A stretch of 64,000 nt of DNA, taken from NCBI GenBank assembly GCA_964016885.1, contig OZ024752.1:18166001-18230000 (forward strand), written 5' to 3'. The notes beneath the pieces are model-generated. The model did not search any database, was not told where the DNA came from, and saw nothing but the letters and a program-made list of their open reading frames with translations. A program made the position numbers and the translations under genes. Shown here one piece after another: positions 38,567-51,201 of the stretch. Positions within the stretch are counted from its first letter, which is position 1; each line of letters opens with the position of its first letter. This DNA comes from Eledone cirrhosa (Eukaryota).

Positions 38567-41500
38567 GTAATTAATGTACGAAGCAAATAAATGATAATTG
38601 CTTACATTATTAATTATAGATATCCCAAGTTAGCCTTGTCTACATATTTTCTTCTTCTTATAAACGCTGCATTAAAAAGAAAACCGAAAAAAAAAACCCT
38701 CTTGTAAAGATTTACTAAGCATTGCCACTAAGTCGACGACATGCTGACCACATTTAACTGACGTGGCCATGAATTCGGGGGCTGATTTTAATAATATTCT
38801 AATATCAATATGAAACACCCACTTTATGTTCACTTGATATATTCTTGTGAATCTTGGCAGCTTCATATTTTATTTTATTTAGAGTCACTTTATAAAGATA
38901 ACTAAATGTTTTAAGATATTTTATCATAATACATTAAATTTAATTACCTATGAAGAAGTATGAATGATTTTCTTTCTTTTTTTTTTCGTCTCGATTTTTT
39001 TTGTCAAGTCAAACTACTGTTAATTATTAGTTGTGGTCCACACACCCAGTCGGTGACCGGTACTAAAACATCAGTTTAGTACATAGTTTCATGAATAAAT
39101 TTATAACTAACGTCCACATTTATTTCCTTTTTTATTATATATATATATATTATATAACGAAGACATGCTGTTAATAGTATTCGAAGTGTCATATCTATAA
39201 ACTAGGATGTATATTTATTATCCATCTATCGTTTTGAATAAATGCATTTTTACCTAGAAAATTATATATAGCTATCCATCCGTTCTTCGAGCCTATCATT
39301 ATTGAAATTCTTGAATTTCAGGTACATGTGTTGAAATGTAAACGTGATTAGGTTTTTCTTTTTCACGAATATATATATTTCTTTAGATTTTCTATAGTGA
39401 AATATAGTTTATATATCACACGAAATAAATATTGTAGATTATGTTACAGAATCTAACCGTTCAGCTAGTTGACACTGGCTAATTTTAATACGATTTAACT
39501 CGATCATTGAATTATATTCGCCAAAGTATGGTGACCTAGCTCGATCATGAAAGACCACCTGACAATTCTTTAAGTGCTTTTGTTACCCAAGCATTTTTAT
39601 AAACCCAAATGTGGTTATAAAGATTTAATCTTTTCCGTAATTACGAAAGGGGTATTTTCAAAAGATAAAGTTTTAATACATCTGGACTGTATAGATGTTG
39701 AAATTTCTCATAAGAAATCTCGTTTTGTTCATACGTGGAACTAATAGAATAGTTGAAGTTAAAGACTGGGTTTTATTTTATATTCCATAAGGTAGCCATT
39801 TGTATCCATATATTCCAACTGTCTTCTATTATTATTCATTCCTATTAATAACAAATAACAATAATTTGTTGTTAAAACTATAAACGTCACTTTTTTCATC
39901 CATTTTTTTTTTTCGAAAATATAAAATTGAATAAATCGCTTGGGTTTATAAATGTAGCTGAATGTTGTGTATTTATGGTGTAATAAATTTAATTTGCTCC
40001 CGTATTTTATATTGAAAAATATTTTTTTAAATGTAGTCCGCAGCTTTTAATTATGTTGTTTGCATATATTAAATGTTAATGTTTTATTTTTACCATGGTT
40101 TCCGCTGTTTCAACAAGTAATTGTTTAAACTTCAGTCACAAATCTATCATGAAACCACCATCTGGTCTCGTGTTATATAAAATCTTGCCGAAATATTCCC
40201 ATCGTGCTTGTGGCTGTCTTTTTTATTCGCTTCTCTCTCTTTACCCCTTTTTTTTTTTTCATTCCATAACAGAATTCCATTAATATATCAACATTTTCTA
40301 GTGTCGATTTTTCACTTTTCTAACATAAATCGCTTAAACATTTTAAATTCATCTTTTTTTATTGTTAAACGTGTCATTGCAGTTTTTCTGTCGAATGCAT
40401 GTGTTATCAAAAAAGTCTGATTAAATTAGCTTTAATTATCTAGTTAACCTCTCATAAATAAATTTATTTTTAATAATAATAAAACATCGAGAGATCTTAT
40501 TAGTGTTTTATTTTGATAGACTTATCCACGAACGATAGGTTTCTTTTTGTTTCAAATATTCTGTGGGTTTTCAACTCGCTAAAAATAGTAGCCAAACCTC
40601 CTTCAAATTACTGTTTCGTCTTAAAAGGTGGAAGGAGGCATGTGCATCTAAGATTTTCTAGTCCTAGTTATAATATACCTCAAACAAAGATGGGATGGTT
40701 ACTACTTCTACTGCTTATGTCTGCTAAATACTATATGAAATTAAATAATTTTCGTCGTACTCTTGTCGGACTATAAGTAATTCAACTAGCATTTTATGTT
40801 TTATTTGTTCTTTATAAATTTAACCGGCAATTCCTATTACTATAATTGCTATTTTAGTTGATTCAGTTTTCCACCAGTCAGCCATTTTCACCTGTGAAAC
40901 GCCACTGAACAAATCCACTCGCGTAAAATTGGTAAATTAAAAATAACTCCGGATATCTGCACATATCCAAGACCATTTTTATTCCATATGTTTTTCTCTT
41001 GTCCCACCGATTAAATTACGACACTACAATTTATATTGATTGTTCTTGAAGTTTAAAAATATGCCCGTAAAGCTTAAATTCCAGTCCATTAAAGGATGGG
41101 TACCGTGTTTTAACCGGTTTCAACTCATGTGTCTTAATCTGAAATTAAAATGTCTGTTTTCCATACCGGCATAGTTAGGACTGTTCGCCACGTTCGGAGT
41201 CAGTTCCTATTGCGTGTTACTCTTCTCGAAAGCCCAAAGGAGCACGTCCTCCTCATGTGTTACATTTGGGTATGGTTTATATGGCTTGGTGTCCTTCCTA
41301 ACAGCAACACTTTTACAGTGTGTACTAGGTGCATTTTATCGTGATACCAGCGCTAGAGGTTATGTCCTAAGTGATAATTCTCTGTTCGTTTAATTTCGTG
41401 TACTATGACTTTTGAGTTTAGTTTACTTTCAATAAGATAAACTCTTAACCATATGTGGCATATGAAACTTTTTAAGATGACTGTTTCACATAAAAAAAAT

Positions 41501-42243
41501 GTTTTTATTCTGATGCTGCACGAATTAAACTCGTTTTTAAATATTTTCTACTGAATCATTACAGGATGTTAAGATTTAATCAACAATATAGAGAAATGCC
41601 TATTTTGTGGGATATGGAATGATAATCTGTCAGTCGTTTTGGTGCCATGATGAAAAGCACTCAATCCACTCTGTAAAAGTGGTTGGCATTAGAAGGGGCA
41701 TTCAGTCGTGGAAACCAAGCCCCAAATAGTCAGCAACACAGTCACCTGATCTGATTTGTCTCACAATGAGAGCTCATCAAACCCATGCTAGCATGGAAAA
41801 TGGATGTTAAACGATGATGACCCTTAAGTTAGAACACAGCTGGGCTAATTGGTTGGGTAATCAGTTATGAACCTGTTAATAACTGCTATATTATTTGATA
41901 CTTAATTTTCAACGGTTCAGTCTACCGAGCTGTGAATAAGTACTGAATAGATAGCAGGGGATGCCCAAGTAGAGGGATGTGCTGCTCTGATACTAAATCA
42001 TCTATATGAAGACGATTTCTTTAGTAGTGCCCTTTTCACCTTAATGAGTTAGGGGTTTCACTAAATACTAGATGAGATAAGGGAGTAGTACATATCCAGT
42101 CTGTTGTACTGCACCCCATACAAGTCATCACTAAAAACATGGTCCTGCGACCTCGCTTGTATCACAACAGGACATCTTGTCTAACCCATGCTAGCGTGAA
42201 AATGGATGTTAAATGGTGGTGTTGAAATGTGGCAGTTCTTAGA

Positions 42244-42651
42244 CATCATCATCATCATCGTTTAACGTCCCTGTTCCACGCTTGCATGGGTTTGGACGGG
42301 GGTTTTCCCACTTGAGGCAAGAGTGGTTGTCTTGCTCGCATAGGACAGTCTGGCTGGTTTTCTACAGCTGGATGCCCTTCCTAACACCAACCACATTTAC
42401 AGTGTGGGGCTGGGAGGTTTTTACCGTGTTGCCTACACGGCCACATTACAGCGTGGACTGTCTGGCGTGTTTTCTACAGCTGGATGCCCTTCCTAACACC
42501 AACCACATTTACAGTGTGGGGCTGGGAGGTTTTTACCGTGTTGCCTACACGGCCACATTACAGCGTGGACTGTGTGTTTTTTGTCGTGACACCTACACGA
42601 TCTCATTTGTTTCGGCCTGGATGTTGTGGCACCAACATAACTTTGCATTGA
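42244..42651 (-). mobile_element. 3' end of the same RTE family with 2 tandem 112-bp units
   Basis: Near-identical to the copies at 20203 and 61136; CAT-repeat tail on the plus strand. Confidence 0.85.
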
Positions 42652-43393
42652 CAATGGCAATATATAACTGAGAACATGTCTAGTAATTCTGTCAACTACC
42701 TATAATAAAGCTACTTCAATCAAACTGACCTCGTCTACACAACAAACATATGAATCCTAAGACTTCGGCATTCTTGCCCCTCCTAGACCATATCCCTGCT
42801 ATTGGAATAGACACATCTGCCTGCAGGTGCAAGCCCCATGAAATGGGGTGGCTATTCCAATGCATCTCCCTCACCATCCTGGGGCAATGTATTCTCTATC
42901 CTGTCTGCTGGGACCATGAAGCACAGGGTAAGTTAGGTGGGGGGTACATGTTCGGATGGCATCACATGCATACACAAGTCTCACTCACTTTTAATATTGA
43001 CCATAAACATTCTAAAATGAATCACTTAACTCAGGTTCTCAAAGTGGGCGCTACTGCCCTCCTGGGGGAGGGGGGGGGTCAAAAGGGGCACTGGTCTAAG
43101 GGGTTGGTAGAGATGATATAATAGTATATTAAATATCAAATGGTATATATTATATATAAATATAGTAAAATAAAAAATATATAAATTATATTTTTTTATT
43201 TATTATGTATTATTTTCAATTTGCATGTAGGCAGTTCTGTCTGGAAATAGGGGTGAGGGAGCTGAGGCTGTTTTATAAAAGAGCTGAATCAAACTTCTAA
43301 GCTAATGGAAGTTTTATTTTCTTTATCCAGTAATAAACTATACCAGGTATAATGTTTTTAAATTCTAATTTTGATAACTTTTACCATTCCTAG

Positions 43394-43420
43394 ATGATGA
43401 AATGGATGACAGCAATGTTG
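43394..43420 (+). CDS. GSPT1: eRF3 27-nt microexon (DDEMDDSNV)
   Basis: Acceptor ttcctag, donor G|gtaagt. Symmetric phase 1-1, acidic like the flanking exons. Confidence 0.7.
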
Positions 43421-44754
43421 GTAAGTTTATTAATTTTTCGTTTTTATTAATGGCAGTGAATTGACAAGAGGAGACATTGCAATTGTTGTTTGTTCCTGTT
43501 CTCTGAGTTCAAATCCTGCCAATGATAACTTTACCTTTTATCCTTTCAGTGTCAATAAATATACTAACAGTCCATGGGGACTTATTACAGTGTTTATATT
43601 TAACTGATCACACTTGAAAAATATCCATCAGCTACTTATTGTTCTATTCACCAACTTAATATTATATAAAAGTTTACTTGTCACTTAAAAAAAGGACAAG
43701 ACACTGACCATTTATGGGGCTTCTAAGACTGGTTGGCAGGAGTTTTCTAATGGCTTGATTACTTACAACAGAGTTTAATTTGCAAAAGGCACTCGGGTAC
43801 CAAGTCCTAGTGTTTAACCAGACAATGGATTAACCCTTTTGATAACAAACTGCCTGAAACCTTCCCTGGTTCTATGGTATAAAAGTGTTTATATTTATCC
43901 ATCATAATTTTATGTAAGTTATATTTCAAATATCAGCTTGGTAGTGAAAAAGTTATTGCTAGATCCCTCTAACTTCTTGATTATTTTAAAGAATCAATGG
44001 TGGTGAATTTCATTAGAAATATGGTAATGAAAGGGTTCACCACATAGACAACAGGCCTATTACCAGAAATGTCATGAAAGGGTTAATGGGTACAATTTAA
44101 ATTTTCCCCAAATTCGTTTTTCCATCCATTTCCTTTCATAAATGTTTGAATGACTTGCTCCCCTAAGCACTGCAATAAAAGGGTTATTTTAAGATTATTA
44201 CAAATTCAAATAACATATTGTATACAGTCTGTCTATAGAATCCATGACAGAAGAACATAACCAATTTGAATCATCATTACCGTTTAACATCCATCTTCCA
44301 CGCTAGCACGGGTAGGACTTTATACATTTAACATATTATATAAATTTATGAGTTAAAACATCATCATTTTATGCTTTTCCCTGCTTGCAAGGGTGGGACA
44401 GGTCCTCTTTAGCACAGCATCTCTCCATTTGTCATGGTCCTTTGTCATCTCTGGGAGCTTCAGCGATCTGGGGTCAACTCTCACCACCTCCACCCATGTT
44501 TTTCGAAGTCTTCCTCTACTGCCTCATCTTTCCACTGGGATTTCTTTGCACTTCTTCACCCGGCAGTTTAATTAAAATATATATCTGCTTTTCCTTATAG
44601 TATCATTTCTAGTAAAGCAACAATATATTTAATAGTTATAGATATTAACATTTTTAACTTGGTAACTTAGTTTGAACATTATTTTTTTCTGCATATGTTA
44701 TTAAAAGATGGAAAAAACTGCCATTTCATATAAACTTTTAAATATTTTTTTCAG

Positions 44755-44928
44755 CTGATGACTGGGCTGACAATGTTGAAGATGAAGAGGAGGAAGAAAA
44801 GACAGACATAGCTGTTGAAGCAATGGAAGTTGAAAATGTTTCTATTAAACCAAAACGGAAAAACAAAGATATAGCAGCACCATGTGTCAAGAAAGAACAT
44901 GTAAATGTTATTTTTATAGGTCATGTAG
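44755..44928 (+). CDS. GSPT1: eRF3 exon 3 (...KKEHVNVIFIGHV)
   Basis: Acceptor ttttcag, donor G|gtgagt, 174 nt. Start of the G1 P-loop. Confidence 0.93.
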
Positions 44929-45128
44929 GTGAGTATCATAAAATGTATATTTGAATACTTTATAATTTGCAGGCATATATGTTTATATTTAGGGACTGTA
45001 ACATCCAGTTACTCTAGATTTACTAGAGTGAGCACTCGATGCATAGTTTCCAGTAAGTATAAAGGTGTAGTACTAAGCAGAGTTTAATAATAATAAAAAG
45101 GACCATTTGTTTGGTCTTCATTATGTTT

Positions 45129-45193
45129 GAATAGTGACGCGCGTTTTGCGATTGATCTGGCTCGATTCTGGAATCAAAAGCTCATCGGACTTC
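45129..45193 (-). ncRNA. Degenerate hammerhead motif (Penelope-like remnant)
   Basis: GAAGU-CCGAUGA-GC...GC-AAAA-cgcgcg-UC|-ACUAUUC. Correct layout, but two core substitutions (U4>C, G12>A). Confidence 0.55.
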
Positions 45194-45431
45194 TGTTATT
45201 ACCAGTCCACACTGTAAATGTGGTTGGTGTTAGGAAGGGCATCCAGCCATAGAAAACATGCCAGACAGTCCTATACGAGCGAGAAACAGTCATCCGACCA
45301 ATCTTGCCTCAAATGGGACATTTCCTGTCTAACCCATGCTAGCATGGAAGGTAGATGTTAAACGATGATGATGATGATATATATATATACACCATATATG
45401 TGTGTGTGTATACATACATATGTGTGTTTAA

Positions 45432-47999
45432 CCCTTTAGCATTCACATTGAATTGTCAAATGTCATGTTCATCTATTCGCATTATTTTCACTTAATTATA
45501 CTCAAGAGGGTTATCAATTTTATTTGTTTCTAATTACTTTAATTTTCTATGTGCAGACTTGAAATTTTGTCAGTAGATGTTTAAAGAACTATAATTTACA
45601 ATTATATATTTTTACCTGATTTTTTTTTGTTAAATTTGACTTTTATGGGCAGGTAAAATTAATTAACAGGTGTAAAAGTAATAACTTTATAGATAAACAC
45701 AAAAATTTAAACTTTATCTGCCTTACCTGTTAGATTTGTTGCAAAAAAATCCAATAATGATCTAGATGCTGATTTCCATCAATTCTAGCAGTTTTCCGAA
45801 CAGGTGAATTAATTAAAAATGCAGGTGTAATCAGTACAATGTTTTAGTCTTTCTCTACATTCCAGGCAAATATTTTCATTGAAAAAAATGTATAAAACCT
45901 TTTCACCAGTCAAAATAATATTGGCAATGTACTCTTACACAATGTACGGTGTAAAATTACGTAACAGAATGTTCCCAATATATAAGTTCATTAACAGGTG
46001 TGATGCAGGTGTGTCACAGGTGAATGCAGGTGTTTTTGTATATGTGTGCTAATATATTTTTAAAATAGTGTTTTCAATATTGTTAGACAATATTTCGATC
46101 GTGATACTGCCCAAAGCACCCTTTACATAAGGGCACTTTGCAAAAGGAACACATAAATAGGATTTGGATTGCGTAACCTTTAACAGCTTTTCTCTTTTGC
46201 AAAGAGCACAATCGGCAAACCTTCCTCCTACCATCAATTCTCTCCACTTTATGAAAATCAATATTTTCTTTGTGGACCACTGCTAATTTTGATTTTTTCC
46301 CAGCTTTGTGTTTGCGAGAAGTATATCCCCCACGTAGCTGGGATGCAATGTCCACGCGAAATTTCATGTGGCAGTAGTCCTTTGGTGGTGGCGGATCCTT
46401 GTGGCTTTTAGTAAATACAATATAAGAATTTACAATGGTTAAATTCACTAAAAACCACAAGATGTATCTCCACCATTTCTTTCCAGGGCGTCCAACTGGG
46501 TAATACGCGCAATATTGGTGGGATTTGTCAACCCCACCCATATATTTATTGTAGGAGAGGTTAACTAAAGGTCTACCCTCAGCCCCAACACCTGGTTGTT
46601 GGTTAGAACTCAGGAACAAAATTTGCCGTTTGTCTTTGAACACTGTGGCTAACATGTTCTCTTTTTGCATTTGGAGAATGTCCCCTCTGTTTTTTAGTTT
46701 CGCAACTTTTATTTCTTGGGGTAGCCCTTTCCGATTGCTCATTATTGTGCCGCAGGTGTACGTATTTACAAGGGCAAGATCCTCTGCTAAAAGCACCGAA
46801 GAAAAAAAACGGTCATAATAAATGTGTCTGTGTTGAAAGTGGAAGGGTTGAGTCAGCGACCACACAACATCGTAACCCAACCCGTGTTTTCTCTCTCCGT
46901 TAAGTTTTTTTCCTGTGTAAACATCAAAGTTTACACAGTATCCCGTGTCCGATTCACACAGTTCCCACACTTTGATGCCCCATTTGGTGGGTTTAGCTGG
47001 CATATACTGTCTGAAATGAACCCTACCCTTATACCCAATCATAGCTTCATCAACACTAAGATTTTTTCCAGGTAAATACATACTTTTAAATTTTTCCGTC
47101 AACATTTCAATTAATGGTCGTACTTTGTACAGTGGGTCGTAATTCGATACATTTCTACCAGGGGCATTTGTAGTATCAACCAGATGCAAATACTGGTTTA
47201 ATTTTATAAATCTCGTTTTGGCCATAATACTAGATATATAAGGGTCACCAAACCTTATATCAGTACTCCAATAATTCCACAGTCGTGGAAATTGTTTAAT
47301 ACCAAACATAATGTTTATGGTAAAAAACGCTTTCATTTCGGCAGAATCTGTCGGACGCCATAAAAGATCGGGATTTGCTCGATTAGAAATCTGTTGTTGT
47401 GCATAGCGATTTGTTTCCTCTGCCACAACTTCGAAGAAAGTTTGTGGTAGAAATAAAAAAAAAATAATCCAGAGCTTTAGCATCGGGTGGTAATGTGTGT
47501 TGTGGTCCAGAATTTTCATTAAAATCCGAAACATGTATCGGTGTTGTTTCTTTCAACCACATTGGTGTTTTTTCAATGGTGTCAGATATCTCTTCGCTTT
47601 CACTTTCAAAGTGACTATCATCATCATCAGATATATCAGAAATAAATATATCTGATTCATTTGAAGATAAATCACTGATATTATCTTCTGTTTCTTTGTT
47701 ATCTTGAATGTCGTAGGATGTGAAACCTTCAAAATCGTTGTCGCTGCTTTCGGAAGCCATGTTACAATTTCAAAGTTAAAAACACGTGTTATCACAAGGT
47801 CTTTAACTATACTAAGAGTTAATTTTCGCGCGTAAGGGCTTTATCTCGCTGTAATCTCGAATTGACGAGATTTTGATGATGTCAATGTTTATTTTTAGAA
47901 GGATATCTACGAGTGGTCTGAAATGTCGGTTTTTGTCGGTTTGAATAAATGAAAGGGGACATAATTTTGTCGGTTTTTGTCACTTTGAACGCTAAAGGG
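45432..47999 (-). mobile_element. Near-full-length piggyBac-like DNA transposon (copy A, 2568 bp) in eRF3 intron 3
   Basis: TTAA on both sides; TIRs CCCTTTAGCATTCA / TGAACGCTAAAGGG; transposase ORF inside. Confidence 0.95.
46083..47760 (-). pseudogene. piggyBac transposase (about 558 aa if repaired), split by one frameshift in an A10 run at 47455-47464
   Basis: Acidic N-terminus. DDD triad in SVDEAM, YYDRFF and GGVDKSHQ; KPTKWGIK; C-terminal Cys-rich domain CRLC..CSFC..LC..CF..YH. Confidence 0.9.
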
Positions 48000-48050
48000 T
48001 TAAGCAGAAAATATACACATAAGGATTGCATTGTGCAAGTCTTAATTTAA

Positions 48051-49053
48051 CCCTTTAGTGTTCAAATCACCCGAAATTAATTCCCCTTCATTTGTTCAAA
48101 CCGCCCGAAAACACCCACACTAAAAAATCGTTCTAAAAATAAACAAACCATTATCAAAATCTTGTCAATTCGAGACTGCTGTGAGATTAGGCCTTTACCG
48201 CGAAAATTTACACTTAATATAGTGAAACAAGTTAAAACGAGTGTTTTTTTAACTTTGAAAGTGCAACAAATTTTTTTTTTGTATCAACATGGCTTATGAA
48301 AGTAGCGATACCGACTTTGAAGGTTTTACACACGCTGACATTCAGAATAAACAAGAAACAAACGATAATATTAGTGATTTATCTTCAAATGAATGATGTT
48401 TCATCCGACGGTGATTGAATATATTTCAGCATTTTGGTTGAAAAATACCACACTAATATATGTTCCCGATTTTATTCAAAATACTGGTCCATAACACACA
48501 TTAGCTTCCGATGCTAAAGCACTGGATTATTTCTTTTTGTTTTTACCTCAAACTTTCTTCGAAGTTATGGCAGAAGAGATTAATCGATATGCCCAACAAC
48601 AGATTTCAAATCGAGGAAAACCCGATCTGTTATGGTGACCGACAGATGCTCCGGAAATGCAAGCATATTTTACCGTAAATATTATATTCGGTATAAAACA
48701 ATTTCCAAGACTGTGGAATTACTGGAACACTGATATCAGGTTTAGTGATTCTTACATATCAAGTATTATGCTGAAAACAACGTATTTAAAATTAAACTGG
48801 TTGATACTTCAAATGCCCCTATTAATTAATTTCACCTGCCTATAAAGTCAAATTTGACCAAAAAAATTAGGTAAAATTATATAATTGTAAATTATTGATA
48901 TTTAAACATTTACTGACAAAATTTCAAGCCTGCACATAGAAAATTAAGAAAATCACAAACAAATAAAATTGATAACCCTCTTGAGTATGATTAACTGAAA
49001 ATAATGCAAACAGATAAGCATGACGTTTGAAAGTTAATGCGAATGCTAAAGGG
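48051..49053 (+). mobile_element. Internally deleted, diverged piggyBac relative (copy B), head-to-head with copy A
   Basis: TTAA-CCCTTTAG...GCTAAAGGG-TTAA. Degenerate transposase N-terminus from ATG 48289 with stops (FGIKQFPRLWNYW retained). Confidence 0.92.
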
Positions 49054-49388
49054 TTAAATAGTTGTTCGAAAGGATATTAAGAGTAATATTTGAATTAGCT
49101 GTGCTTGAAGAGCTGAATTTATATTTTGATGGTTCTTTTTTTATGATAGATTTGACAAAGTAGGAAATATTACCAAATATTTGATAGTGGCATCTTAGCT
49201 TGTAAATAAGCTAAATGATATTTTTTTTTGTGGGAGTATGTCCACTTTTCCAGGCTTGCCATAGCTTAGGTGATGTTTTAACCTCTAAAAACGGATTCGT
49301 TTTTTGTTGTTGTTTTTCTATCATTTAAATGGCTCTATGGTCATATTGTTCTAGTAACTGACAAAAACTATTCTTTTTCTTATTTCAG

Positions 49389-49422
49389 ATGCAGGAAAAT
49401 CCACAATTGGTGGTCATATAAT
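49389..49422 (+). CDS. GSPT1: eRF3 exon 4 (DAGKSTIGGHIM)
   Basis: Acceptor tttcag, donor AT|gtaag, 34 nt. Completes the GHVDAGKS P-loop. Confidence 0.94.
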
Positions 49423-49846
49423 GTAAGATTTTTGTTTTATTCTGGGAATCTTGTGGCTTTTATGTTATGTATGACATCTATATTCATATTACCAGTTTGA
49501 TGTTTTCAAATAGATTTTACTGAACTATTGCATATATTAACCCTTCTGATAGCATCTCACCTGAAACTGGCACTGCTTGCTTTTGTTTAGATTGAAATTA
49601 GAACATTCCAGAACCTTATGTTAAATAATGTTTAGTTTAATGACAAAGATGCTAAGCTGTATTAATGAATTCTTTCAATTTCTTGATTATTTTCAAAACC
49701 AATTGAAACATGAGCTGTGTATTTCAATAGAAATATAGTAACAAAAGGATTAATATGCTAATTTTATAATGGTACACTTTAATTTCCAAAATATAAAGAT
49801 TCCACACTTGTATTTAAGCAAAATAGGTTTCTCATATTGTGTTGTT

Positions 49847-49867
<21 letters not shown>

Positions 49868-49880
<13 letters not shown>

Positions 49881-50134
49881 AAAACAGAGAATGTCTGTCT
49901 GACTCCTTAAAACTCGAGAATCACCCAACCGACTTTTTTCAAACTTTACACATGCAATACTTATGGTCCTGTGAGTGTTTTGAGCAAAAACAATTTCAAA
50001 TTTTCAATGTCCTAGGGACCGCATTAGGCGATTTAGCGATCTCTCTCTATAATTCTTAGTCTTTCTTTTTAAATAGATACATAGATATAACGTTGCGCCC
50101 TTATAATATATGTCTGCATTACGACATTATGACG

Positions 50135-50173
<39 letters not shown>

Positions 50174-50286
50174 GTGTGTAACGTTTTTCGAAATATTTAC
50201 TTCTGCATTCAGATTTATTTTTTTAGTTTCAGAAGATCTCGTTAAGGGTGAAAGCAGCGATTCTTTGCTTAAACTTTAATCTGTTA

Positions 50287-50317
<31 letters not shown>

Positions 50318-50455
50318 CGTGTACAGATATTTTTGCACATACACAATAACAAAATATAAACAAACGTATTTATTTCACGAGGCTCGATAAGGATAAATAT
50401 ATATCAAATATATAAGAACCCTAGAGCAAATCCCAAGCAACGCCGGGCCAATCTG

Positions 50456-50459
<4 letters not shown>
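49868..50459 (+). mobile_element. Short non-autonomous Helitron of the same family
   Basis: 5' region matches the 51202 element; 3' end CCCAAGCAACGCCGGG..CTGCTAA; embedded in (TA)n. Confidence 0.75.
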
Positions 50460-50489
<30 letters not shown>

Positions 50490-50572
50490 GGAGGTGAGTT
50501 TTATTGTAGTACAATAAAGCAATGCAGATATCGGATAAGAAGCACTCTACAGTTTGTGGGACTGGAGTATAC

Positions 50573-50698
50573 ATAATATATAGATCAAAAGATGGTTAAA
50601 TGAGTTCCATGTATTTTATTATGCGCATTGATATTTGTTTTTGAAATGCGCATAATAAAATACATGGAACTCATTTAACCATCTTTTGATCTATATAT

Positions 50699-50701
<3 letters not shown>
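50573..50701. repeat. Palindrome: 57-bp arms, followed by (TA)n
   Basis: 50573-50629 versus 50645-50701. Contains GAAA-tgcgca-TA-ATAAAAT, the 3' half of a hammerhead. Confidence 0.9.
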
Positions 50702-50733
<32 letters not shown>

Positions 50734-51201
50734 TTGTGCATAGAACAATAAAAAAAACTTGTATTTAAGCAAAATGGGTTTCTCATATTGTGATGTTGTT
50801 TTATATACATATATATGTGGGTGTTTGTGTAAAAAACAATAAATAAAAAAAACAGGTCAGGCGTAGGTAGATAGTTGATTGTTTTACAATCGTTTTAGAG
50901 GGTCAATTGACTGGTGGAGATCGATGTATTAACTAGTAAGGTAGTGGTTAAGTTACTACATATTTCTAGTCTCAAAATTCCTGTTCACTCAGCCATCTTA
51001 TATATATATATATATATATATATATTGACTCTCTCTTTATATAGCTGCAGGAGCTTGAAAATCAGCTAGCTTGACTGCATGTTACAGATGATTCTTAACA
51101 CCACTAATGTCTATAAAGCATCCAAGTATTATTCAATAGTTACTGTAACCCCAGTTTATATCTGTTGTAGGAATACCAACTGCTTACTTAGTCAAACATG
51201 A

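Noticed and set aside
46083-47534. Domesticated PGBD-type host gene
   Set aside because: Intact TIRs, TTAA duplication, closely related deleted copies and a frameshift indicate a recent transposon. It is also antisense to eRF3, so a CSB-PGBD3-style fusion is not expected.
49806-50850. 45-bp direct repeat flanking the Helitron/palindrome block as a long target-site duplication
   Set aside because: Better explained as an older tandem duplication of a microsatellite-containing unit, with later insertions into its (TA)n. Helitrons do not make TSDs.
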